From Planctomycetota bacterium (GTDB taxonomy: Bacteria > Planctomycetota > UBA11346), in assembly GCA_014193115.1 (NCBI GenBank), contig BJHQ01000003.1, positions 2,768 to 66,767 on the forward strand: a DNA stretch of 64,000 nt, read 5' to 3'. The notes under the pieces were generated by a model, which saw only the letters and a list, made by a program, of their open reading frames with translations, was not told where the DNA came from and searched no databases. Below are positions 51,762 through 59,680 of the stretch, in pieces; the first letter of the stretch is position 1; each line of letters opens with the position of its first letter. The position numbers and the translations under genes are program-made.

Positions 51762-52103
51762 TTATCGCCGCAGGTCGAGGAACTTGCTGGCCTCTGGGCT
51801 TGATGGCACACCGTAGGCCCGGACCGCCCGTTCGACCTCTCCGGCATGATCCAGGTGCAGGCTCAGGCGCTGGCGGTGCTCGGCAAGCAGCTCCTGGGCC
51901 AGCGCCTGCAAGGCAACAGCCTCTTCGGCCTCGGCCAGCTGCCCGGCATCGGCGATGATCGCCCCGGCGACGGCGGCGGCGATCTGGTCGGCGAGGACAT
52001 CAAGCTGCTCGGCATCAGGATCTTCTTGGACCAGCAGGGCAACCACCTGGCGCAGGGCGTCGCGCGCGATGGCGAACGGACTCGGTGCGGCGGACTGGTT
52101 CAT
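51762..52103 (-). CDS. small helical protein, FliT/FlgN-like (weak)
   Basis: All-helical; C-terminal AVRAY....SKFLDLRR. Confidence 0.45.
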   Translation of the reverse strand: MNQSAAPSPFAIARDALRQVVALLVQEDPDAEQLDVLADQIAAAVAGAIIADAGQLAEAEEAVALQALAQELLAEHRQRLSLHLDHAGEVERAVRAYGVPSSPEASKFLDLRR

Positions 52104-52951
52104 GGCAGCGTGCTGGTGATGGCCTGGGCGGCCGGTCCGAGATCGCTGGTCGGCCACGTCAGAAGAAAGGCAGCGATGGCAGCGCGCACCGCCGCCGCCG
52201 CCTCCGCTTTGACCGCCGGCTCGGCGCGGCGGGCCTGTTCCGCCTGGAACCACAACCGCAGGTAGGCGACTTTCGGACGGTCGGCACGATCCAGGCCAAG
52301 ATCCTCGATCCGTTCGAGTGCGGCCAGTCCGTCGGCGAGATCGTTGGCGACGTGGTCACCGCCCGCCGCAACCAGGTCGCGGCAGCACTCGGCGATGGCC
52401 AGACGGTTGGCTGCGGCCAGCACCGGCGCCTGCCGGGCAGTGACCGCCGGACGGGCCTGGTCGAGGGGATCGGTGGAATGGCGCGTGGAACGGCCGGCGA
52501 ATTCGGCCATCGCCGCACGCAGGGACTCCCGGGCCACGTCGCGACCGCCTTTGGCCGCGACGATGTCGGGCTGTTCAGCGATCTCGCGCAGCCCTCCGCG
52601 GCCGGGGACGATCGGCCGGGTGGATGCCGCGCCGAGACCGGCGATGGCCTGGTCGCGGCTGCGGATCGCCGCATCGATCCGGCGCAGCAGCAGGTCGGTG
52701 GGATCGCCGCCACTCGGTTCGCCGGTGGAGGGCAGGGCCGGCGCCAGCCGCGGCTGGGGAGGCAAGGGCGGCGCCCCAGGCTCGGCTGAGGCGCCAGAAC
52801 CCAGCAGCAGAAAACCCAGCAGCAGAGAACACAGCAGCGGACAGCCGCCCGCAGCACTCCACCTGGGCGGTGCTCCCGCCCGCCGCCCAGGCATCCCGCG
52901 CGCCTCCGCGGAGTTGCGTCTTGGTGGTCGGTCGGCAGCGCCGAGGTTCAT
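52100..52951 (-). CDS. exported hypothetical helical protein
   Basis: ATGA overlaps on both sides; hydrophobic signal segment. Confidence 0.6.
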   Translation of the reverse strand: MNLGAADRPPRRNSAEARGMPGRRAGAPPRWSAAGGCPLLCSLLLGFLLLGSGASAEPGAPPLPPQPRLAPALPSTGEPSGGDPTDLLLRRIDAAIRSRDQAIAGLGAASTRPIVPGRGGLREIAEQPDIVAAKGGRDVARESLRAAMAEFAGRSTRHSTDPLDQARPAVTARQAPVLAAANRLAIAECCRDLVAAGGDHVANDLADGLAALERIEDLGLDRADRPKVAYLRLWFQAEQARRAEPAVKAEAAAAVRAAIAAFLLTWPTSDLGPAAQAITSTLP

Positions 52952-55092
52952 GGCGCCTCCCCGCGATAGGCTTTGATCGCCTCGCGCAGCCGGCCGTTGG
53001 CCCGGTGGTGATCGCCGAGGATGCGGGCGGCGAGCTCGCGGTCGCGGTCGCCGAGCAGCGGATCGGCCATCAAATCGGTCAACGAGGTCAGGGCGACGCT
53101 CTCCTGCCCAGCGACCAGGGCGCAGCGGGCTCGGCCGATGATCGCGGCGTGGCGCAGGGCCGCCGGCGGGGATTCATCGAGCACCCGCTGATAATAGCCC
53201 ATCGCGGTTCCGGCCAGCACCGCCTGCTGGGTACGATCGCGCTCGGCCTGGTGCCATGCGGCCTGGGCCAGGTAGAACAGCACCCGGGCCCGCACCGGTC
53301 CGGGATGGTCGCCGAGCTTGCTGACCAGGGCAGCAACCAGCTCATCGAGCTGCAACGACGGCTCCCGCCGATCCGCCAACGCGTCGCCACGGAGCAGTTC
53401 CCACAGCGCCGCCACCGCCGCATCGGTGCGCTCCAGCTCGGCATAGCACCGGGCGATGGCGACCAGCAGCTCGGCATCGAGGTCGGTGCGGGGAAAATCC
53501 TGGCGGGCGCGGAGGAAGGCGAACAACGCCTCGACGGTGCGCGAGGCCTGGGCAGCCGGCGGCGGCTGGGACGTTCCTGGCGAAGCGCGCGCCGCCGCTG
53601 GCGGAGCATGGGCCGCACCAGCGCTCGCTGAACCGCCAGCGCCATGGGGCTGGGCAGGCGAAGGGGCCGCTGGCGCCGAGGCGAGCAGACACAACCCGAC
53701 CCGCAGGGCGCAGCGGGCGTAGGCTTCGATGGCGATGTCGGGCCGGCCGTCCCCTTTGGCCCAGGCCAGATGCAACCGGCGGTAGATCGCAAGCGCTTCG
53801 CCGAAGCGGCCAGCGCCATAGGCGCAATCGGCGGCCAGGATCTGCAGCCGCTGGGGCATGCGTTCGATGTGCAGGCCCGCGGCCTCTCGCCACTTGTCGA
53901 GGTGGATGGCGGCCTCGGCCCAGCGACCGGCAGCGTGCAGCATCTCGGCCAGGCGCAGCCGGGCAGCGGCGACGTCGGCAGCCGCCCACGGTTCGTCGGC
54001 GAACCGTTCGAGCAGCAGGTGCAGGTCATCCATCGCCTCATCGCGGGCGATCGGGTCGGCGTGGCGGGTGGCCTGGGCCTCGCCGGCCGCGGCTGCCGCC
54101 AGGAACACTCCAGGCAGGTCGTGGTCGTCATTGCCGGCCCGGGCGATGTAGTTGCGGTAGACCCCGCGGGCATCGAGGTGGTTGCCAAGTGCGGCCATGC
54201 AGTCGCCGATCCCGCGGATCCCCGACTGGACCCACCGCCGCACCGCCGGATCGGCGGAGCCGCTGAAGCCGTCGACCAGCGCTCCGTACAGTTCGATGGC
54301 CGCGACATTGCGCCGGCCGTCCTGTTCGATCCGTGCTCGGCGATAGGCGGCCTCGGCGGCGGCGCCCGGGTCGCGATCCGACGGGCTCCAGGTCGAGGCC
54401 CGTTCATAGGCGCGCTCGGCGCGGCGCCGGTCACCGGGGGCGTCGCTCGCGGCCGAGCGTGCCGCGGAGACCACGATCCTCCGGGTCCGCGCATCGGGGT
54501 CATCGCGCCAGGCCAGGCCGGCGGCGCCGCACAGCCGGTCGAGCACGTCGTCCAGGTCGAGGCCGCTGACCATCAGGGTCACCGGCCGGGTGCGACCCGG
54601 AGCGTTGGCATCATCGATCACCACGCCGCACAGCCCGGCCAGCTCGGCCAGCACCTCTTCCATGGCTGCGCCGCGCAGGCTGGCAGAGATCTTTCCGCTC
54701 GCGATCGATAGTCCGGGCAGGCGACGGCTCTGCTGGTCATTGGCAGCCGCGGTCGTCCGAGCAGCAGGGCCGGGGGCGGCCGGCTCCACCGCCACCAGGC
54801 CCTTGGCCTGGGCCTCGCGCAGGCGTTCCCGGGCGGCGCGCAGCGCGGCGAGATCGTCGGCCAGGGCAGGACGCTGAGCCGTCTGGGCCGGACCGGCCGA
54901 ACCCACCAGCTGCATCGGCCGTGGAACCGGCTCCAAGGTCGGTTGCAGACCGGGCTCGGCAGCCAGGACCGGGCCGGAAACCAGGGTGTACCACACCACG
55001 CTCACCAACCAGGCAGGCGCCATCGAAAAAGCGCCTGGGCCGAAACCAGCGCGCGCAGTCGGCATTCCCGGGGATTTTCCTTGTTCAGCCAT
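52948..55092 (-). CDS. TPR protein with STN/secretin-N-like domain (alternative start 55023)
   Basis: ISASLRGAAMEEVLAELA...VTL.VSGL.LDDVLD.L....GL.W, followed by many TPR-like helices. Confidence 0.7.
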   Translation of the reverse strand: MAEQGKSPGMPTARAGFGPGAFSMAPAWLVSVVWYTLVSGPVLAAEPGLQPTLEPVPRPMQLVGSAGPAQTAQRPALADDLAALRAARERLREAQAKGLVAVEPAAPGPAARTTAAANDQQSRRLPGLSIASGKISASLRGAAMEEVLAELAGLCGVVIDDANAPGRTRPVTLMVSGLDLDDVLDRLCGAAGLAWRDDPDARTRRIVVSAARSAASDAPGDRRRAERAYERASTWSPSDRDPGAAAEAAYRRARIEQDGRRNVAAIELYGALVDGFSGSADPAVRRWVQSGIRGIGDCMAALGNHLDARGVYRNYIARAGNDDHDLPGVFLAAAAAGEAQATRHADPIARDEAMDDLHLLLERFADEPWAAADVAAARLRLAEMLHAAGRWAEAAIHLDKWREAAGLHIERMPQRLQILAADCAYGAGRFGEALAIYRRLHLAWAKGDGRPDIAIEAYARCALRVGLCLLASAPAAPSPAQPHGAGGSASAGAAHAPPAAARASPGTSQPPPAAQASRTVEALFAFLRARQDFPRTDLDAELLVAIARCYAELERTDAAVAALWELLRGDALADRREPSLQLDELVAALVSKLGDHPGPVRARVLFYLAQAAWHQAERDRTQQAVLAGTAMGYYQRVLDESPPAALRHAAIIGRARCALVAGQESVALTSLTDLMADPLLGDRDRELAARILGDHHRANGRLREAIKAYRGEAP

Positions 55093-56737
55093 GGCCGTGC
55101 TCCGCGGCATGGGCAGCCGGGGCATGACCGGCATCATGGCCCGCGGCCGGTTCAGCCGGTCCATGGCCGGGTTCATGCTTATGGTCGTGTTCGGCCGGTT
55201 CGCGCTGGACCGTGGCGGGGGCCGGCTGTTCCAGCAGCCTGCCGAGCATCAGGTAGGCGCGGTGCACGGCCTGGCGGTTGCGGACCAACTCCGCACCAGA
55301 GCGCGAGCCGCCGCCGGGCAGGCGCTCCGCCACCCACGAATCCTCCTCGGCAAGCACGTTGTAGACCACCGCCAAGGCTCCGGCCCGATCGTTGGCCTGG
55401 GCCAGGCTGTCAGCGTGGTCGAGATGCAGGCCGGGGTCCGTGAACGGCGGATTTCCCGGCTCGCCGGCCAAGGCGAAGGCGGCGGCGGCGCGGCCATGGT
55501 CGCCCTGGGTGCGATGGGTGCGTGCCAGCACCAGGCTGATTTCGGCGGCGTGGGCGGGATGGCGTTGGCGCAACCGTTCGAGCAGCATCACTCCCCTGGC
55601 AACGGCATCGCCGTCGCCGCTCGCCAGCCGGGCCAGGGCCGTGGCGAAGTCTTCGGCGTAGCTGTCGGTTGGAACGGTTGAGGTCGCGACCCGGGTCCGA
55701 CGCAGCTCGCCCGCCAGATCGCCCAGCCGCACCACCGTGATCGACAAGGTGGTGGCGCAGATCGACAAGGCGACCACCGCCGCGGCGAGCAGCCAGCGGG
55801 CGCCGCGCAGTTCGATCGGAGCCGCCGCCGGGACCAGACCGGGATAGGCCATGGGCTGCGGGGTCGGAGTCGGGGCGATGCCCAGCACCTGGCGCACGTC
55901 CACTGCATCGCTGGTCACGCCAGGCGCCGGAGCGTTCTGCGCCAGCATCTTGTCGATGGCGCCTTCGTGCTTGGCCAGGTCGGCGGCGGCAGGGGCGGGT
56001 TGGCGGGCCTCGTTCGGACCGGGCGTACTGTCAGTGAGCTGCTGGAGCAGGGCATCGATGTCGCTCTGGGCGATGATCCCGGTCGACGTCCGGGTGTCCT
56101 GTTTGCCGCCCTGTTTGGCGACCAGCGCATCGACCTCTTCGGTGGACAGGTTGAGGATCGGCTTGGTGTCGGGCGTCGCCATCCCGGCTTTGCTGCCCGA
56201 AGCCGGGGCGCTGACCGAGCCGGTGCCAGTCGAAGCCGGGGACCTGACCGAGCCGGTGCCGGCCGCAGCCGAGCCGGGTTCACCGGTCGGATTGGGCGTC
56301 ACCGCCGAGGTCGTCCGCGGAGCGCTCGCCGGCGCGGCGCTTCCTGGTGTGGTCAGCGCCGCGGTCTCCGGTCCGGCCGGCGTGGCGGCCGAACTCAGCT
56401 CAGCCAGCAGCCGGTCGATGTCTGAAACGCCAGCCGAGCTGGTACCAGGAGCCGGAGGCGGCGCATCGTCGCGGGTCTCGGCCGCGGCCCGTTCGGCCTT
56501 GTGCGCCCCGGACAGTTGGGCGAGCAGGGCGTCGATATCCGCGGCATTGCCCGACGGGCTGCCAGCGGAGGACGACCCGCGGTCGTCGGCGGAATCGCCT
56601 CCAGGCTGGGCAAGCAATTGCTCGCTGTTGGTCCCCGCATCGGCCCGGGGGGCTTTCGCGTCGCTGTGCCCGCCCACGTCCCCGCCCAGCGCCGCAAGCA
56701 GGGCGTCGATCTCCTCCGTGCTGGGGGCGTCTGCCAC
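55085..56737 (-). CDS. membrane protein with repeated FliM/CheZ-like IDALL motifs and C-terminal TPR
   Basis: GAGGG RBS + GTG; six (S/A)xx(E/D)(I/V)DxLL-like motifs in low-complexity linkers; one TM helix. Confidence 0.7.
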   Translation of the reverse strand: MADAPSTEEIDALLAALGGDVGGHSDAKAPRADAGTNSEQLLAQPGGDSADDRGSSSAGSPSGNAADIDALLAQLSGAHKAERAAAETRDDAPPPAPGTSSAGVSDIDRLLAELSSAATPAGPETAALTTPGSAAPASAPRTTSAVTPNPTGEPGSAAAGTGSVRSPASTGTGSVSAPASGSKAGMATPDTKPILNLSTEEVDALVAKQGGKQDTRTSTGIIAQSDIDALLQQLTDSTPGPNEARQPAPAAADLAKHEGAIDKMLAQNAPAPGVTSDAVDVRQVLGIAPTPTPQPMAYPGLVPAAAPIELRGARWLLAAAVVALSICATTLSITVVRLGDLAGELRRTRVATSTVPTDSYAEDFATALARLASGDGDAVARGVMLLERLRQRHPAHAAEISLVLARTHRTQGDHGRAAAAFALAGEPGNPPFTDPGLHLDHADSLAQANDRAGALAVVYNVLAEEDSWVAERLPGGGSRSGAELVRNRQAVHRAYLMLGRLLEQPAPATVQREPAEHDHKHEPGHGPAEPAAGHDAGHAPAAHAAEHGHG

Positions 56738-56784
56738 GGGTGTCCCTCGCATTCCTCGACAGAGTCGGCTGCCAACCCCGACGA

Positions 56785-56800
56785 CGCACGGACCATGCCA
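56785..56800 (-). promoter_or_regulatory. putative sigma54 promoter
   Basis: TGGCATGGTCCGTGCG (GG-N10-GC), ~48 nt upstream of the start. Confidence 0.6.
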
Positions 56801-56921
56801 TGGTCACCGGGAAGCGCCCGAGGGACATCCGCCGTACCTAGTCTACCACCGATCCGGGAGCCCGGTCCAACGGGTTCCCGGGCAGCGGCGGCCAGCCGCC
56901 GATGAGCGCAGCGACTCGTCG

Positions 56922-59105
56922 CTAGGCCTCAACCAGCATCACGACCTCTTCGTTGAACACCGCCTTGGGGTCGATCTGGGCATCAGCAATCGACGACTTC
57001 ATCGCCTGGTCGCTGGAGACGAAGAACCGGGCGTGGGCGCTGGCGCCGTCGGCACGGCGGACCTCCAGATCGTTGCCGTCGGCGACGGATTGCCCGACCT
57101 GGGCTGGGCGGGCGTTGATCCACAGCGCGGCGCCATCGGCCAAGGCGCCGACGACCACGCCGCTCCGGGTGGCGCGGAAGGTCACCTGCTCGGCGAATTC
57201 CGGGACTCCGAACGAGGTTGCGGATTGCCGTCCGGGCAGGCCGCTGAGCGGATCGAGCCGGCCGGCGATGCGCAGGACCTCGGCCTTGAACCGCGGCCGG
57301 GTCAGCCACCACCACAGGAAAAGCGCGAGCAGGGCGAGCAGGATCAGCAGCAGGCCGAGGATGATCGGCAGCCAATCGCGATCGACCCGCAGGGTCAGCG
57401 ACTTGCCGGCGATGGCCTTGACGTCAGCGGATTCGATCGCGGCAGCGCTGGCCGAACCCGGACCGGTGGCAGAGATCCGGACTTTTTGCGGCGGTTTCAG
57501 GTCCCAGGCGCCGAGCTCCTTGGTGGTGAAGGTGATTTCGCCGGTCCAGCCCCGAGCCACCGCCGGATCGCGCTGGAGAGCCACCGTGCGTTCGCCGCCC
57601 TCGGCCCGGGTGAGCACGACGTCGAGCGCTTGCAGCGGAACCCGGCCGCCGGCCTGGCGCAGGTCGAGCCGGATCGGCCGTCCGGCGATCACCGCCGCTG
57701 GTTCGCCTTTGTCGCCGAGCGGGAAACCGCCGAGCAGGGTCAACCGGCCGAGGGCCATCCACTTCAGATCGAGCGGACGAGCATCGGTGCGGTCCTTCCA
57801 TGCGGCATTGGGCACCAGGCTGACCCGGCCCTTGCCGTCGCCAGTGGGCAGGATCACGCCGATCAGCTGCTGGAGCAGCGGTTCCGTGGTCGCGCCGTCG
57901 ATGGCCAGGGCCAGCCGGGCGTCCTTTTCCAGTTCGGTGCGCAGCGCGTCGCTGACCGCGGTCTCGCCGGGGGCCCGGGTCCAGGTGTGGGTCAGTTTCA
58001 GCGCATCGCCGCCGAACAGGCTGTCCGTGTCCAGGCCCGGGCCGAGGGCCAGGCGATGGGCGACCCGCTGGGGCGCCTGGATCAGGATTTCGCAGGGCCG
58101 CGGCTGAGCGGCCGCGTCAGCGGCGGTGCGGCGCAGCAGATAGGCGCCGCCGGCCTCGACTCCGGCCAAGCGATAGACCCGGCAGGGGCCGCTGTCGTCG
58201 ATCCGCGTCACCCGCGGCTCGGTGGCGACCGCGGCCTTGCCGGCATCGGCACCAGCTTTGCCGGCATCGGTACCAGCCTTGCCGGTATCGGCCGTGGCGT
58301 CCTTCGCGGTGGGCAGCTCCTTGCCATCCGGGCCGATGAAGCTGACTGTGAAGTCCGTGTATGGACCGGGCACGTGAAGCCAGATCAGGGCCCCGCGATT
58401 GGCCTCGGGGATGGCGACCGGGGCGTCGCCGGGGGCGGCCACGGTCAAACCGGTCGGCTGGGGCACACCGAGGGCGGTCAAGGCCGGCAGCAAGGTTTTC
58501 AGCTCAAGCGTGCGCAGATTGAGACGCTGGGCGTCGGGTCGCAGCTCGGCGATCCAGCTCAGCGCTGAATCCGGCCGGGGCGAGGCCACGGTGTCGAGCA
58601 GCAGCCAGCGGCGATGGGCGGCTTTCACCGCCGACAGCTTCGGCTCCAGGGCGGTCTGCCGGGCGGCGGTGTTGATCTGGTCGCGGCTGGCATCGGCGCC
58701 GGCCGCGGTGAGCAGCGCGGGATCGGTGTCGGTCGGCGAGCCGACGACCTCGGTCAGGCCGTCGCCGGCGATCACGGTCAGCACCGGGCCGGATTCCGGG
58801 GCGGTCAGCCAGGACACGGCTTTTGGATAATCGGCCCAGCGTCCGGCATAGGTCGCAGCGCCCAGGTCGGGGCCCGGCTCGCCAGTTCGGGCGAAGGTGA
58901 CGGCCTCGATTTTCTTGGCATCGATTGGGGTCAGCAGGTGCTGCTGGAGGAAGCGCAGGCGATCGATAACGGCCTTGTCGGCCGTGGTCCGCGAGCCATC
59001 GACCGCGATCGCCGCCTGAACCACCGGCGCCGGCGGCGCGGGTTCACCAGGGAACGCCGCTGCGAAGAGCATCGCCAGGAGCAGGAGGCCACGCCAAGTC
59101 GACAT
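56922..59105 (-). CDS. single-pass membrane protein: exported vWA-like/beta domains, cytoplasmic FHA-like tail
   Basis: Signal peptide MSTWRGLLLLAML; AIAVDGSRT (DxSxT); TM ILGLLLILLALLALFLWWWL; tail LWINARP...SVADGNDLEV. Confidence 0.65.
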   Translation of the reverse strand: MSTWRGLLLLAMLFAAAFPGEPAPPAPVVQAAIAVDGSRTTADKAVIDRLRFLQQHLLTPIDAKKIEAVTFARTGEPGPDLGAATYAGRWADYPKAVSWLTAPESGPVLTVIAGDGLTEVVGSPTDTDPALLTAAGADASRDQINTAARQTALEPKLSAVKAAHRRWLLLDTVASPRPDSALSWIAELRPDAQRLNLRTLELKTLLPALTALGVPQPTGLTVAAPGDAPVAIPEANRGALIWLHVPGPYTDFTVSFIGPDGKELPTAKDATADTGKAGTDAGKAGADAGKAAVATEPRVTRIDDSGPCRVYRLAGVEAGGAYLLRRTAADAAAQPRPCEILIQAPQRVAHRLALGPGLDTDSLFGGDALKLTHTWTRAPGETAVSDALRTELEKDARLALAIDGATTEPLLQQLIGVILPTGDGKGRVSLVPNAAWKDRTDARPLDLKWMALGRLTLLGGFPLGDKGEPAAVIAGRPIRLDLRQAGGRVPLQALDVVLTRAEGGERTVALQRDPAVARGWTGEITFTTKELGAWDLKPPQKVRISATGPGSASAAAIESADVKAIAGKSLTLRVDRDWLPIILGLLLILLALLALFLWWWLTRPRFKAEVLRIAGRLDPLSGLPGRQSATSFGVPEFAEQVTFRATRSGVVVGALADGAALWINARPAQVGQSVADGNDLEVRRADGASAHARFFVSSDQAMKSSIADAQIDPKAVFNEEVVMLVEA

Positions 59106-59180
59106 GGAGAACCCCCAGCAACTGGACATCACATGGCCTTCGACGCTCTGGGGTTGAGATATCACATCATGAACGAAACA

Positions 59181-59670
59181 GGGGCCCCGTCGCGCGAGCG
59201 ATGGGGCGGGCGCCGAGGGACGGTGGGCGGATAAAATGGGCGCAGCCCATCCGCCCACTTTTCCGGCTGCGCAGCAGTCGAAAAAGAGTCCCGACAAAGC
59301 CCGGGGGTAGGCCCGCAGGGCCGTAGGGGCGAAGCCCCTGGTGAAGGGGCCCCGTCGCGCGAGCGATGGGGCGGGCGCCGAGGGACGGTGGGCGGATAAA
59401 ATGGGCGCAGCCCATCCGCCCACTTTTCCGGCTGCGCAGCAGTCGAAAAAGAGTCGCGACAAAGCCCGGGGGTAGGCCCGTAGGGCCGTAGGGGCGAAGC
59501 CCCTGGTGAAGGGGCCCCGTCGCGCGAGCGATGGGGCGGGCGCCGAGGGACGGTGGGCGGATACAATGGGCGCAGCCCATCCGCCCACTTTTCCGGCTGC
59601 GCAGCAGTCGAAAAAGAGTCGCGACAAAGCCCGGGGGTAGGCCCGTAGGGCCGTAGGGGCGAGGCCCCTG
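59181..59670. repeat. 165-bp tandem repeat x3, built from hairpins
   Basis: Near-identical units start at 59181, 59346 and 59511 with no spacers. Confidence 0.95.
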
Positions 59671-59680
59671 GGTAAAAAGC

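Noticed and set aside
55851..58568. 905-aa plus-strand ORF
   Set aside because: Antisense shadow of two minus-strand genes, which is common in GC-rich DNA.
59181..59670. CRISPR array
   Set aside because: The units are contiguous 165-mers with no unique spacers, and there are no cas genes.
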